Below are positions 1 through 10,247 of a stretch of DNA of 64,000 nt, piece by piece (position 1 is the stretch's first letter; the number at the start of each line of letters is the position of its first letter). A program made the position numbers and the translations under genes. The notes under the pieces were generated by a model. It was not told the DNA's origin and ran no database searches. It was given only the letters and a program-made list of their open reading frames with translations. The stretch is from assembly GCA_027489955.1 (NCBI GenBank), contig JAIXYZ010000004.1, forward strand, positions 160,672 through 224,671. Direction: 5' to 3'. The stretch comes from Hyphomicrobiales bacterium (GTDB taxonomy: Bacteria; Pseudomonadota; Alphaproteobacteria; Rhizobiales; Beijerinckiaceae).

Positions 1-314
1 GTGCCCATGAAGTCGCTGACATAGCCCTGCCCACCGGTCTCGGCGAAGCCCGGGGCGCCGTTCGGTTCCCCGCCGGGCGAGCCCTCGAAGAAGAACTCCA
101 CCGGCACGGCGAGGATCTTGGAGATCTGCTGCAGGCGGCTCGCACTGATGCGATTGGTGCCCTTCTCGTACTTCTGGACCTGCTGGAAGGTCAGGCCGAG
201 CGCATCCCCCAGGCGCTCCTGACTCATGCCCATGAGCATGCGTCGCATCCTCACGCGAGCCCCGACATGCTTGTCGATTGGGTTCGGTGTCTTGTCGTTC
301 AGTTGCGTGGTCAT
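1..314 (-). CDS. XRE-family helix-turn-helix transcriptional regulator (start codon 312-314; C-terminus runs off the left edge of the window)
   Basis: Hand translation of the minus strand from 314 gives MTTQLNDKTPNPIDKHVGARVRMRRMLMGMSQERLGDALGLTFQQVQKYEKGTNRISASRLQQISKILAVPVEFFFEG..., a typical Cro/C1-type HTH core. It is absent from the ORF track because no stop codon lies inside the window. Confidence 0.8.
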   Translation of the reverse strand, partial: MTTQLNDKTPNPIDKHVGARVRMRRMLMGMSQERLGDALGLTFQQVQKYEKGTNRISASRLQQISKILAVPVEFFFEGSPGGEPNGAPGFAETGGQGYVSDFMG

Positions 315-333
315 AGCGTTCCCCCGAAGCGCT

Positions 334-1947
334 TTAGACGGTGCGGCGATTCGCACCCCTTGAGCCCAACAATGCAAAGACCCCGAACAGCATTGCAAAG
401 AATACATCCGGATATCGCGCATAGATTGTATTAGCAAGTGCAATAGGCAACCGCGAGTCGATGACGCCTTCGCGCGAAAGTGGCAGCGACGCCACGATTC
501 GTCCGTAAGGATCGATGACGGCCGATATGCCGGAATTCGCGGCGCGCACGAGCGGCAATCCCTCTTCGATCGTACGCAGCCGCGCCTGGGCGAAATGCTG
601 GTGCGGCCCCGGCGTGTCGCCGAACCAGGCATCGTTGGTCACGTTCAGCATCACGCCCGGCCGAGGCCCCTCCGGCGTGACGGCGCCGGGGAAGATCGCC
701 TCGTAGCAAACGAGCGCTGCCACCGGCGGCAGGCCGGGCACCGCGAGCGGCAGCCGCGCCTCGCCCGGCTCGAAACCGCCCGGGATGGCGACGAACTGGC
801 GGATGCCCAGGCGATCGAGCCAGGCGGCCAGGGCCTCGATCTGGCGGGCCAGCGGCAGGTATTCGCCGAACGGCACCAGATGGACCTTGTCGTAGGTGGC
901 GCCCACCGTGCCGTCGTCCGCCACGACATGGATAGAATTGCGGTAGCGCAGGCCGCTCTCCCCCGGCAGGCCGGGCAGGGCGCGGGCCGCGCCGGTGACG
1001 AGAGTGACGCCCGGCGGGAGGAGCGCGGCGATCTGGGCCAGCGCCGCGGGCTGGCGCGCCAGCGCGAAGGGGAAGGCGGATTCGGGCCAGATCAGGTGCG
1101 TGACGTCGGCAACGCCCATGGTGGAGGGCGAGGTAGCGCGGTCGCTGATCGACAGGTAGCGCTGCATGATCGCGCCGGCATTCTCGGGCCGGAACTTGGC
1201 ATCCTGCGGCAGGTTGGGCTGCATGATCCGCAGGCGCACGCCCGGGACCTCCGCCATCGGGCCGGGCGGCAGGCGCCAGGCGCCGTAGCCGGCGAGGGCC
1301 GTGAGGACAAGGGCCCCCGCCAGGGGCGATGCCCAGGGCCGCCGGCGGGTCGTGCCCAGGGTCGCAGGAGAGGCGGCGATCGCCACGGCCAGGAGGCCCA
1401 GGCCGTAGAGCCCCAGGATCGAGGCCGCCTGCGCGGTCCACAGATGGCCGCCCAGCGCCATGCCGTAGCTGTTCCACGGGAAGCCGGTGAGAACATGGCC
1501 GCGCAGCCAGTCGGCCCCGCCGAGGGCGGCGGCGAGAACGAGGATGCGGGATGCGCCCTGGCTCCAGAGCAGGCGCGCGGCAGCGAAGGCGAGCGCGTGG
1601 AACAGCGCCAGGCCAGCGGGCAGGCCGACGACGCCGAGCGGAAGCGCCCAGGCGAACTTGTCGGCCTCCACGAGGAAGGCGGCGCCGAGCCACCACAGGC
1701 CCGCGAGGAAGAAGCCGAAGCCGAACCACCAGCCTAGCGCGAAGGCGCTGCGGAACGCGTCGCGCCAGCCGGTCCCCGCGGTGCCGTCCAGCAGCCAGAC
1801 GGCGAGTGTCATGGACAGTACCAGCGCCGGAAACAGGCCAAGGGGCTCCAGGGCGAGGGCGCCCACGGCGCCCGCGGCCAGCGCCATCAGCCTGCGCGGC
1901 CATCCCCAGGAGAGGATCACGCGCTCCGCCAGGCCTGCCAGCATCAC
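334..1947 (-). CDS. lnt: apolipoprotein N-acyltransferase
   Basis: 537-aa ORF with a multi-TM N-terminal half and a C-terminal CN-hydrolase domain (VCYEAIFPG active-site Cys context). It has a 4-nt overlap with the upstream corC-like gene. The order miaB-phoH-ybeY-corC-lnt matches E. coli. Confidence 0.9.
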   Translation of the reverse strand: MMLAGLAERVILSWGWPRRLMALAAGAVGALALEPLGLFPALVLSMTLAVWLLDGTAGTGWRDAFRSAFALGWWFGFGFFLAGLWWLGAAFLVEADKFAWALPLGVVGLPAGLALFHALAFAAARLLWSQGASRILVLAAALGGADWLRGHVLTGFPWNSYGMALGGHLWTAQAASILGLYGLGLLAVAIAASPATLGTTRRRPWASPLAGALVLTALAGYGAWRLPPGPMAEVPGVRLRIMQPNLPQDAKFRPENAGAIMQRYLSISDRATSPSTMGVADVTHLIWPESAFPFALARQPAALAQIAALLPPGVTLVTGAARALPGLPGESGLRYRNSIHVVADDGTVGATYDKVHLVPFGEYLPLARQIEALAAWLDRLGIRQFVAIPGGFEPGEARLPLAVPGLPPVAALVCYEAIFPGAVTPEGPRPGVMLNVTNDAWFGDTPGPHQHFAQARLRTIEEGLPLVRAANSGISAVIDPYGRIVASLPLSREGVIDSRLPIALANTIYARYPDVFFAMLFGVFALLGSRGANRRTV

Positions 1948-2987
1948 GCCCGGCGCTCTCTGGTGTCCTCGGTCGGACGGGCCGCGGGGTCGAGCTCGGT
2001 CAGGGACGGCGGTGGGGGATCGGCGGTCTCGGTGACGGCGCGGCGGATGATGCGCACGCGCTTCACCCGGCGGGCATCGGCGTCCAGCACCTCGAATTCC
2101 AGGTTCTGCGGTCCGGGGACGACCTCGCCGCGGGCGGGAACCCGGCCGGCCAGGACGATGATGAGGCCGCCCAGCGTGTCGACCTCTTCCGACAGTTCCT
2201 CGGTCTCCAGGGTCACGCCGAGGGTCGCGAAGACCTCCTCGAGCCCGGCGCGGGCATCGGCGGCGAAGGTGCCGTCGGCGGATTCGGCCACCATCGGGGC
2301 CTCGTCGTCGTCGTGCTCGTCCTCGATGTTGCCGACGACCGTCTCCACGATGTCCTCGATGGAGACCAGGCCGTCCGTGCCACCATACTCGTCGATGACG
2401 AGCGCCATGTGCGTGCGCGTCGCCTGCATGCGGGCGAGCAGGTCCAGCGCCGGCATGGTCGGCGGAGCGTAGAGGACCGGCCGCAGGATGCGCGCCGCCG
2501 ACAGCGGCAGAGACAGGTCGACGCCGGCGAGGTTGGGGCCAGCCGCGGGAATGGCGGCGTCCTTGCGGCGGCGTCCCCTTGCCCGGCTGCCCTCGGCGCT
2601 GGCGGCGAGGAAATCGAGGAAGTCGCGGATGTGGATCATGCCGCGGGGATCGTCGAGCGTCTCCCCGTAGACCGGCAGGCGCGAATGGCCGGCGGTGCGG
2701 AAGACCTGGAGCAGTTCGCCCAACGTCACCTCGCCCTGGATGGCGACGATGTCGGCGCGGGGCACCATCACGTCGTCCACGCGCAGATTGCGCAGCTTCA
2801 GCACGTTCTGGAGCATCGCCCGCTCCTGGGGCGAGAATTCCGTCATCGGCGTGGTCACCGACAGGGCGTCGGCCAGGCCTTCGCGGATCGACGAGACCCC
2901 GCGCATGCGCAGGGCTCCCATCAGGCGTTCTCGCCAGCGTCCTCCTTGGGAAGAGGCGCCGGCGTCGTTGGAACTTCGATCGTTCAT
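1944..2987 (-). CDS. corC: HlyC/CorC-family protein (CBS-pair plus CorC_HlyC transporter-associated domain)
   Basis: 347-aa ORF with CBS-domain-like repeats (VMVPRADIVAI..., MIHIRDFL...) and a C-terminal CorC/HlyC domain. It sits between ybeY and lnt. Confidence 0.85.
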   Translation of the reverse strand: MNDRSSNDAGASSQGGRWRERLMGALRMRGVSSIREGLADALSVTTPMTEFSPQERAMLQNVLKLRNLRVDDVMVPRADIVAIQGEVTLGELLQVFRTAGHSRLPVYGETLDDPRGMIHIRDFLDFLAASAEGSRARGRRRKDAAIPAAGPNLAGVDLSLPLSAARILRPVLYAPPTMPALDLLARMQATRTHMALVIDEYGGTDGLVSIEDIVETVVGNIEDEHDDDEAPMVAESADGTFAADARAGLEEVFATLGVTLETEELSEEVDTLGGLIIVLAGRVPARGEVVPGPQNLEFEVLDADARRVKRVRIIRRAVTETADPPPPSLTELDPAARPTEDTRERRA

Positions 2988-3006
2988 GGGTCTCTGAAAG
3001 GGACGG

Positions 3007-3543
3007 TCAGGTCCCGGTTCTCCTGTCTGCCGCCTCGATATCCGTTTCCGGCGGGTCGCGATAGGGATCGCCGATGCCGAGCGACGCGAGGGCCTTCACC
3101 TCCAGCGCCTCCATCTGCACGGCGTCGGCGTCGGTCTCGTGGTCGTAGCCGAGCAGGTGCAGCATGCCATGGACCACGAGGTGCGTCGCGTGGTCGAGGG
3201 GCGCCTTGCCCTCCTCCGCCGCCTCGCGCAGCACGGTCTCGTAGGCGATGGCGATGTCGCCGATGACCGGGGAGGCCGCGATCGCCTCCGGCGGCACGGC
3301 GGGAAAGGACAGGACGTTGGTGGGCTTGTCCTTGCCGCGCCAGTCGCGGTTGAGCGTGCGCAGGGTGGCATCGTCCGCCAGGAGAAGGCTGACCTCGGCG
3401 CCGGGCGCAAAGGCCCTCTCCGCCACCGCGCAGGCGGCAGCGACCGCGCGGGGTGCCGCGTCCACGATGCCGGGCATCGCCTCCCAGAGCGGGCTTTCGG
3501 GCACGACGTCCAGGGCCGGCAGCTGCCGTTCTCGCCCGGTCAC
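3007..3543 (-). CDS. ybeY: rRNA maturation RNase YbeY
   Basis: 178 aa with the zinc motif [15 protein letters not shown] (HxxxHxxxxxH). It has a 4-nt overlap with phoH. Confidence 0.92.
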   Translation of the reverse strand: MTGRERQLPALDVVPESPLWEAMPGIVDAAPRAVAAACAVAERAFAPGAEVSLLLADDATLRTLNRDWRGKDKPTNVLSFPAVPPEAIAASPVIGDIAIAYETVLREAAEEGKAPLDHATHLVVHGMLHLLGYDHETDADAVQMEALEVKALASLGIGDPYRDPPETDIEAADRRTGT

Positions 3544-4592
3544 GGCCGGCGGACCTCCGGCTGCATGGAGCGCGCCGCGTCCTCGTAGGCCTTGACGATG
3601 CGGCGCACGAGATCGTGGCGCACGACGTCCGCCTCGCCGAACGACGCGTAGCCGATGCCCTCGACCTTCGAGAGCAGGGCCACGGCCTCGACCAGGCCCG
3701 ATTTCTGCCCGGGCGGGAGGTCGATCTGGGTGGGATCGCCGGTGATGATCATCCGGGAATTCTCGCCCAGGCGCGTGAGGAACATCTTCATCTGCATCGA
3801 CGAGGTGTTCTGCGCCTCGTCCAGCAGGACGACGGCGTTGGTGAGCGTGCGGCCGCGCATGAAGGCCAGCGGCGCGATCTCGATCATGCCGGTCTGCAGG
3901 CCGCGCTCCACATGGCGCGCCTCCATGAAGTCGTAGAGCGCGTCGTAGATCGGGCGCAGATACGGATCGACCTTCTCGCGCATGTCGCCGGGCAGGAAGC
4001 CGAGGCGCTCGCCCGCCTCCACGGCCGGGCGCGAGAGGATGAGGCGCTCGACCACGCCCTGCTCCAGCAGCGAGACCGCGTGGCCGACCGCGAGCCAGGT
4101 CTTGCCGGTGCCCGCCGGGCCTTCCGCCAGGACGAGCTCGTGGCGCTTGAGGGCGCGCAGATAGGCGTCCTGCGCGGCGTTGCGCGCCTTCACGGCCCCG
4201 CGCTTGCGGGTGTGGACGGCCTCGAAGCCGAGCCGTCCGGGCTCGGCCACCGACGGGAACAGGGACTTCTGCAGGGACGTCTCCTCGATGGCGCCGTCGA
4301 TATCGCCCATGCTCACCGTGCCGCCCGTCTTGACCTTGCGATAGAGGTTCTCCAGCACCCGCCGGGCCTGCTCGGAAGGCTCGGCGAGCCCCTTGAGCAC
4401 GACATGGTTGCCATTGGCGTTCGCCATCACGCCCAGTCGCCGCTCCAGATGGGCGAGGTTCTGGTCGTAATGGCCGAAGACGAGGCTCGCGAGCCGGTTG
4501 TCGTCGAAGGCGAGCGTGATCTCGGTCTGCTCGTCGCCGGATGCGGGCTTGCCGGTCCGGTCGCGCGTCAGCGTCGTGGCGTCGTTGCGCAA
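3540..4592 (-). CDS. phoH: PhoH-family ATPase (YbeZ-like)
   Basis: 350 aa with Walker [13 protein letters not shown] and conserved PhoH C-terminal blocks ([11 protein letters not shown]). Confidence 0.9.
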   Translation of the reverse strand: MRNDATTLTRDRTGKPASGDEQTEITLAFDDNRLASLVFGHYDQNLAHLERRLGVMANANGNHVVLKGLAEPSEQARRVLENLYRKVKTGGTVSMGDIDGAIEETSLQKSLFPSVAEPGRLGFEAVHTRKRGAVKARNAAQDAYLRALKRHELVLAEGPAGTGKTWLAVGHAVSLLEQGVVERLILSRPAVEAGERLGFLPGDMREKVDPYLRPIYDALYDFMEARHVERGLQTGMIEIAPLAFMRGRTLTNAVVLLDEAQNTSSMQMKMFLTRLGENSRMIITGDPTQIDLPPGQKSGLVEAVALLSKVEGIGYASFGEADVVRHDLVRRIVKAYEDAARSMQPEVRRP

Positions 4593-4635
4593 ACCTGCTG
4601 CTCCCTGCCCTGCGCCGCGAGGGCGCCTCGTTGTG

Positions 4636-6021
4636 TCACGCGGCGCTCGCCCTCTCGCCGACGAGCCTGCCGGTCATACTGTTGGTGCTCAAGGCGACGA
4701 TCTCCACATCGGCGATGTCGCCGATGCGCAGGCCCGATCCGGCGGCGTCGAAATGCACGCCCTGCAGATAGGGGGACTTGCCGACGAGCTGGCCGGGATG
4801 GCGGCCTTCCCGCTCGACCAGTACGGGCATGACCTGGCCCAGCGCGCCCGCATTGAACGCCTGGCGGTGCGCCTCCAGGCGCTCCTGCAGGCGGGCGAGC
4901 CGCTCGGCCTTGACCGGCTCGGCGACCTGCTCGCCCGCATCGGCGGCCGGCGTGCCCGGACGCTGGCTGTACTTGAACGAGAACGCGGCGGCGAAGCGCA
5001 CCCGGTCGACCAGGCGCATCGTGTCCTCGAAATCGGCGTCGGTCTCGCCGGGGAAGCCGACGATGAAGTCGGACGAGAGCGCGATGTCGGGACGGGCCGC
5101 GCGCACCTTGTCGATGGCCCGCAGATAGGCCGCGGCGTCATGACGGCGGTTCATGGCCTTCAGGATGCGGTCTGACCCGGACTGAACCGGCAGGTGCAGG
5201 TAGGGCATGGCCTGCGGCAGGTCGCGGTGGACCGCGATGAGGGCGTCGTCCATGTCCAGCGGATGGCTGGTCGTGTACCGGATGCGGGCGATGCCGGGCA
5301 CCTCCGCCACGCGCGCCATCAGCCGGGCCAGCGTCCAGTCGCGGCCGTCCGGGCCCTCGCCGTGATAGGCGTTGACGTTCTGGCCGATGAGGGTGACCTC
5401 TCGGATGCCCGCCTCCGCCAGCCGCGCCACGTCCGCCAGCACCTTCGCCACGGGGCGGCTCACCTCGGCGCCGCGCGTATAGGGGACGACGCAGAAGGCG
5501 CAGAACTTGTCGCAGCCCTCCTGCACGGTCACGAAGGCCGAGACGCCGCGCCGCTGCATGACCTGTCGCGAGGGCGCCGGCAGGTGGTCGAACTTGTCCT
5601 CGACCGGGAATTCCGTGTCCACGACAGGGCCGGATCGCGCCCGGGCGAGCAGGTCCGGCAGGCGGTGGTAGTTCTGCGGGCCGACGACGAGGTCGACGAC
5701 GGGCATGCGGCGCTGGATCTCGGCGCCTTCCGCCTGGGCGACGCAGCCCGCGACCACGACCCGGGTGTCGAGCCCGCGCGAGGCCCGCTCGCCCTTGAGC
5801 ACGCGCAGGCGGCCGAGCTCGGAATAGACCTTCTCAGCGGCCTTCTCGCGGATATGACAGGTGTTCAGGACAATGACGTCGGCATCCGCGACATCCGCGG
5901 TCTCGGCGAACCCCTCGGGGCCGAGAACGTCCGCCATGCGCTCGGCGTCGTAGACGTTCATCTGGCAGCCGTAGGACTTGACGAAGAGCCGCTTTCCGGC
6001 CGGCTTGGGCGTCTGGGTCAC
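4636..6021 (-). CDS. miaB: tRNA-2-methylthio-N6-dimethylallyladenosine synthase
   Basis: 461 aa with the N-terminal UPF0004 domain ([13 protein letters not shown]), the radical-SAM [11 protein letters not shown] (CxxxCxxC) motif and a TRAM C-terminus. Confidence 0.93.
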   Translation of the reverse strand: MTQTPKPAGKRLFVKSYGCQMNVYDAERMADVLGPEGFAETADVADADVIVLNTCHIREKAAEKVYSELGRLRVLKGERASRGLDTRVVVAGCVAQAEGAEIQRRMPVVDLVVGPQNYHRLPDLLARARSGPVVDTEFPVEDKFDHLPAPSRQVMQRRGVSAFVTVQEGCDKFCAFCVVPYTRGAEVSRPVAKVLADVARLAEAGIREVTLIGQNVNAYHGEGPDGRDWTLARLMARVAEVPGIARIRYTTSHPLDMDDALIAVHRDLPQAMPYLHLPVQSGSDRILKAMNRRHDAAAYLRAIDKVRAARPDIALSSDFIVGFPGETDADFEDTMRLVDRVRFAAAFSFKYSQRPGTPAADAGEQVAEPVKAERLARLQERLEAHRQAFNAGALGQVMPVLVEREGRHPGQLVGKSPYLQGVHFDAAGSGLRIGDIADVEIVALSTNSMTGRLVGERASAA

Positions 6022-6148
6022 GCTGTCTCGATCTGTGGCGCCGGCGCGGTCCTTGAGGCCGGCTCCCCATTCTTAGTGCGCTTCGCCGGCAAAAAGAAGC
6101 ACGCTGTCGTCGCGCCCGGCGCGAAATCGCTCCCGCGTGACCGGGGCG

Positions 6149-6613
6149 TCACTCGTCCTCGCCGAGGGGCACCGCGTAGAGCTCCAGACGGTGATAGACC
6201 AGCCTGTAGCCCAGCTTGCGGGCGATCTGGGCCTGCAGATCCTCGATCTCCTGCGACCTGAACTCGATGACATCGCCGGTCTCGATGTTGATCAGGTGGT
6301 CGTGGTGCTCCCGCTCGGCGCGCTCGTAACGGGCGCGCCCGTCGCGGAACTGGTGCCGTTCGATGATGCCCGTGTCCTCGAACAGCCGCAGCGTGCGGTA
6401 GACGGTGGAGAGGGCGATGCGGCTGTCGGAGAGCGCCGCCCGGCGGTGCAGCTCCTCCACGTCGGGATGGTCGTCGGCCTCGCCGACGACGCGGGCGATG
6501 ACGCGCCGCTGGCCGGTCATGCGCAGGCCCTGCTGGGCGCAGGCGCGCTCGATCGCCGCGACGCGGCGGGCGGCGGGCGTGTCGGCCAGGTGCTGGGGCA
6601 TCCGTCTTGGCAT
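6149..6613 (-). CDS. fur: Fur-family metalloregulator (Fur/Mur type)
   Basis: 154 aa with a winged-helix N-terminus (RMTGQRRVIARV...LSTVYRTLRLFEDTGII) and the HHDHLI metal-site motif. Confidence 0.8.
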   Translation of the reverse strand: MPRRMPQHLADTPAARRVAAIERACAQQGLRMTGQRRVIARVVGEADDHPDVEELHRRAALSDSRIALSTVYRTLRLFEDTGIIERHQFRDGRARYERAEREHHDHLINIETGDVIEFRSQEIEDLQAQIARKLGYRLVYHRLELYAVPLGEDE

Positions 6614-6682
6614 GTCGTTCCGGCTACCGGTCTTAGCCGCGGCGCGGCGGAAACGGAAGGCTCCGGCCGGGCCGGGTCCCGC

Positions 6683-7171
6683 TTAATCGAGCGCGCGGCG
6701 CATGGTGAGCGCGGCGGCGTGCCGGCCGCCGGGACGCGGATAATAGGCCTCGCGGCGCCCGATGGGCGTGAAGCCGTGGCGCCGGTAGAGCGCGATGGCC
6801 GGGGCATTGTCCTCCTCCACCTCGAGGAAGACGGTGCGGATGCCGGCGGCCGCGAGCCCTGCCAGGTGCTCGCGCAGAAGCAGGCCCGACCAGCCCCGCC
6901 CGCGCGCCGACGGCGCCAGGGCGACGGTGAGGATCTCGGCCTCGTCCAGCACGGTGCGCGACAGGAGGATGCCGGTCAGCCGCCGCCCCGTGCCCACGAA
7001 AAGGCCGTCGGCGCGGATGGCGCGGTCGGCGATCATCGCCTGCATGTCCATGAGGTCCCAGCCGCGGGCGAAGCCGGCTGCATGGATGGCGGCGGCCTCG
7101 CCGGCGTCCGAGGTGGCCAGCGGCTCCACATGGGGCGGGCCGTCCCGCCGCAGGAAGCTGAACAGGCTCAT
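6683..7171 (-). CDS. rimI: ribosomal-protein-alanine N-acetyltransferase (GNAT)
   Basis: 162-aa GNAT fold (VALAPSARGRGWSGLLL, acetyl-CoA loop). It has an ATGA overlap with tsaB, the usual tsaB-rimI pairing. Confidence 0.8.
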   Translation of the reverse strand: MSLFSFLRRDGPPHVEPLATSDAGEAAAIHAAGFARGWDLMDMQAMIADRAIRADGLFVGTGRRLTGILLSRTVLDEAEILTVALAPSARGRGWSGLLLREHLAGLAAAGIRTVFLEVEEDNAPAIALYRRHGFTPIGRREAYYPRPGGRHAAALTMRRALD

Positions 7172-7851
7172 TGCCGCGGCAGGCGCCCGTTGTCCTGGGG
7201 CTTGGCGTCGGCGGGCCGCAGGTAGAGCGGCCGGGCGGGCGCGTCCGCCGGATCGGCGGCGATGCCCAGGCGAGCGACCCAGGCGATGTCCGGGGCGGGC
7301 GCGGCGTCCACAACCCGCGCGTCGAGGCCGAGTGCGAAGGCGTCGCTCGCCACGACGGGCGCGGCCGGCCCGACGAGGCTGATCCCGCCCGAGCCGAGGG
7401 CGCGCACGGCGTCCCGGATCGTGGCGACGCGCGGCGCCATGAGCGGGCGACCGCCGGGCGCGACCGCCTGGACATAGACGTTGCCGTGGCGGGCATCGAT
7501 GGCAGCGGCGATGACGCGGCCAGCCTCCGTCGTGAGGGCCGGGGCAATGAGGGCGGACAGGGTCGAGACCCCGACGACGGGCACTTCGAGCCCGAGCGCG
7601 ATGGCGCGGGCGGCGGACAGGCCGATGCGCAGGCCGGTGAAGCTGCCGGGACCGATCGTCACGACGACCCGGTCGATGCCCTCGAAGCGCGTGTCGACGC
7701 GGGCGATGACGCGATCAATGAGCGGGACGAGCTCCTCCGCGTGTCCGCGCTCCATGTAGATCGTCTCGGAGGCGATGGCCTCCGCCGCGCCGCGCTCGAC
7801 GACGCAGGCCGAGCAGGCGCCGAGCGCCGTGTCGATGGCAAGAACGCGCAA
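7168..7851 (-). CDS. tsaB: tRNA threonylcarbamoyladenosine biosynthesis protein TsaB
   Basis: 227 aa with the N-terminus MRVLAIDTALGACSACV typical of TsaB/YeaZ. Confidence 0.88.
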   Translation of the reverse strand: MRVLAIDTALGACSACVVERGAAEAIASETIYMERGHAEELVPLIDRVIARVDTRFEGIDRVVVTIGPGSFTGLRIGLSAARAIALGLEVPVVGVSTLSALIAPALTTEAGRVIAAAIDARHGNVYVQAVAPGGRPLMAPRVATIRDAVRALGSGGISLVGPAAPVVASDAFALGLDARVVDAAPAPDIAWVARLGIAADPADAPARPLYLRPADAKPQDNGRLPRQ

Positions 7852-7923
7852 GGGGCAGGCCTCCCGGGCCGAATCACGCGCCTACGATGACCAGCCCGGG
7901 CGCTTTGCGAAAGCGGGGCGGCT

Positions 7924-8484
7924 TCAGACCGCCTCGACCTCGCGCACGTCGGGAAGGAAGTGGCGTAGAAGGTTCTGGATGCCGTGCTTGAGCGTCGCCG
8001 TGGACGAGGGGCAGCCGGAGCACGACCCCTTCATGGCGAGATAGACCACGCCGTCGCGGAACCCGCGGAAGGTGATGTCGCCGCCATCGCCCGCAACCGC
8101 GGGGCGCACGCGGGTCTCCAGCAACTCCTTGATCGTCTCCACGATGCCTTCGTCGGCGGGATCGAAGAACTCTCCGTCCTCGTCGTCGCCGGTCGCGGCG
8201 CCTTCCACCATGACCGGTGCGCCGGACATGAAGTGTTCCATGATGGCGCCCAGGACGGCCGGCTTCAGGTGATGCCATTCGCCGTCCGCCTTCGTCACGG
8301 TGACGAAGTCGGAGCCGAGGAACACGGCCGCGACGCCGGGCACCCCAAGCAGCCGCTGGGCCAGCGGCGAGGCGGCGGCGGCCTCCACGGACTGGGCATC
8401 GAAGGTTCCGGACGGCAGCACGGTGCGGCCGGGAAGGAACTTGAGGGTCGCCGGATTGGGCGTGGCTTCGGTCTGGATGAACAT
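7924..8484 (-). CDS. NifU/Nfu-type Fe-S cluster scaffold protein
   Basis: MFIQTEATPNPATLKFLPG (Nfu_N domain) plus the C-terminal NifU CSGCPSS motif. I chose the ATG at 8484 because GGGAG lies 7-11 nt upstream. The ORF track extends to 8502. Confidence 0.85.
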   Translation of the reverse strand: MFIQTEATPNPATLKFLPGRTVLPSGTFDAQSVEAAAASPLAQRLLGVPGVAAVFLGSDFVTVTKADGEWHHLKPAVLGAIMEHFMSGAPVMVEGAATGDDEDGEFFDPADEGIVETIKELLETRVRPAVAGDGGDITFRGFRDGVVYLAMKGSCSGCPSSTATLKHGIQNLLRHFLPDVREVEAV

Positions 8485-8563
8485 GGCTGGCTCCCGCCGC
8501 ACCGGGTCAAGGCCGGCCGGCTGCCGTCAACATAGTCACGGCGTTAGAATGATTCCAGCACCC

Positions 8564-9055
8564 TTAGGCGAGGGCGTCGATTTCCGCGTCGCTCAGGGAT
8601 CCGGGCACGATCACGACCGGAACCGGCAGCCTCGCCACCTGCCGCGTGGCGAGCGTCGAGACGAGCGGGCCGGGCCCGTCCTGGCCGAGGCCGGCCGCCA
8701 GGATGAGCAGGGCGATGTCCTCGTCCGCGTCGATGAGGCTCGCGATCTCGGACGCCGCATCCCCCAGCCGCACCACGCATTCCGGCTCGATCCCGGCGAG
8801 CGAGCGCACCGATTCGGCGGCCCGCTGGCAGGCGGCCTCGGCCTTCCCTACGGCCTCGGCCTTCAGCATGTCCTCGACGCCGAGCCAGTCCTGCGCGTCG
8901 GGCGCGGGCTCGGCGGCGAGCATGACCATGGCGGCGCCGGTGCGGGACACGCGCCGCGCGGCGAACCGCCAGGCGCGGTCGCATTCCGGCGTCTCGTCGA
9001 CCACGACGAGGAATTTCGGCCGGTGTCCGGCCTCGTAGGATCGTCTCTTGCGCAT
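8564..9055 (-). CDS. universal stress protein (UspA family)
   Basis: 163 aa with the usual USP layout (FLVVVDETPE... VPVVIVPG). Confidence 0.8.
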   Translation of the reverse strand: MRKRRSYEAGHRPKFLVVVDETPECDRAWRFAARRVSRTGAAMVMLAAEPAPDAQDWLGVEDMLKAEAVGKAEAACQRAAESVRSLAGIEPECVVRLGDAASEIASLIDADEDIALLILAAGLGQDGPGPLVSTLATRQVARLPVPVVIVPGSLSDAEIDALA

Positions 9056-9128
9056 CCGTCTTCACCCCGATCCCGGGCGCGGATGCTGGCCCGCCCCGGC
9101 CCGGCCGGTCAAGGCGCGCAAATCCCGC

Positions 9129-10163
9129 TCAGCGGATGAAGCCGACGATGTCCTTGACCGCGTCCATGTTCGGGCGGGCGATGGCCCGCGCCCGGTCGGC
9201 GCCGTCCCGGAGGATCGCGTCGATCGAGGAGGGGTCGGCGACGAGCCGGCGCATCTCCTCGCCGATCGGCGCGAGCCTGGCGACGGCAAGGTCCACGAGC
9301 GCGGCCTTGAAGGCCGAGAACTGGGCGCCGCCGAACTGGTCGAGCACGGCCTGCTTGGTACGCCCGTCCAAAGCGGCGAAGATGCCCACGAGGTTTTCCG
9401 CCTCGGGGCGGCCCTTCAGGCCCGCCTCCTCGGAGGGCAGCGCGTCGGCATCGGTCTTTGCCTTGCGCACCTTCTGGGCGATCGCGTCCGCATCGTCGGT
9501 CAGGTTGATGCGCGAATAATCCGACGGATCGGACTTCGACATCTTCTTGGTGCCGTCGCGCAGGCTCATGACGCGGGTCGCGGGACCCTGGATCAGCGGC
9601 TCCGGCAGCGGGAAGAAGCCGTCGGAATTGTGGCCGCGGGCGGCGATGGCCTGGCGGAAATCGCCGTTGAACTTCTGGGCGATGTCGCGGGCCAGCTCCA
9701 GATGCTGCTTCTGGTCCTCGCCGACCGGCACGTGCGTCGCACGGTAGACCAGGATGTCGGCGGCCATGAGGTTGGGATAGGCGTAGAGGCCGACGGAGGC
9801 GTTCTCCCGGTCCTTGCCGGCCTTTTCCTTGAACTGGGTCATGCGGTTGAGCCAGCCCAGGCGGGCCACGCAGTTGAACACCCAGGCGAGCTCGGCGTGC
9901 TCGGCCACCTGGCTCTGGTTGAAGATGACCGAGCGGGCAGGATCGAGGCCGCAGGCGATATAGGCGGCCGTGACCTCGCGGATGGCGCGCGTCAGGTCGG
10001 CCGGATCCTGGAAAACCGTGATCGCGTGCATGTCGACGACGCAATAGATGCAGTCCATCGACTTCTGCAGCTCGATCCAGCGGATCATCGCGCCCAGATA
10101 ATTGCCCAGATGCAGGTTCCCGGTGGGCTGCATCCCGGAGAAGACGCGCTCCTGAAACGCCAT
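9129..10163 (-). CDS. trpS: tryptophan--tRNA ligase
   Basis: 344 aa with a HIGH-type motif (TGNLHLGNY) and KMSKS present. Confidence 0.93.
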   Translation of the reverse strand: MAFQERVFSGMQPTGNLHLGNYLGAMIRWIELQKSMDCIYCVVDMHAITVFQDPADLTRAIREVTAAYIACGLDPARSVIFNQSQVAEHAELAWVFNCVARLGWLNRMTQFKEKAGKDRENASVGLYAYPNLMAADILVYRATHVPVGEDQKQHLELARDIAQKFNGDFRQAIAARGHNSDGFFPLPEPLIQGPATRVMSLRDGTKKMSKSDPSDYSRINLTDDADAIAQKVRKAKTDADALPSEEAGLKGRPEAENLVGIFAALDGRTKQAVLDQFGGAQFSAFKAALVDLAVARLAPIGEEMRRLVADPSSIDAILRDGADRARAIARPNMDAVKDIVGFIR

Positions 10164-10247
10164 GATCGAAGTTCCCTTGAGACAAGGCCGCTCGCCTGAG
10201 CGAGCGCTTATGGCAAGCCGCGGGACGAGGCAAGCGCGGGCCGGGCG

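Noticed and set aside
8543-8559. GTTAGAA-TGA-TTCCAGC upstream of the nfu gene, resembling the Irr iron-control element TTTAGAA-N3-TTCTAAA.
   Set aside because: Only about 10/14 positions match and the right half-site is poor. The match is suggestive given the Fe-S gene downstream, but too weak to call without a PWM scan or conservation data.
10189-10206. A small hairpin CGCTCGC-CTGA-GCGAGCG between murJ and trpS, considered as a terminator.
   Set aside because: It has only a 7-bp stem and no convincing U-tract on the minus strand, so it was not reported as a feature.
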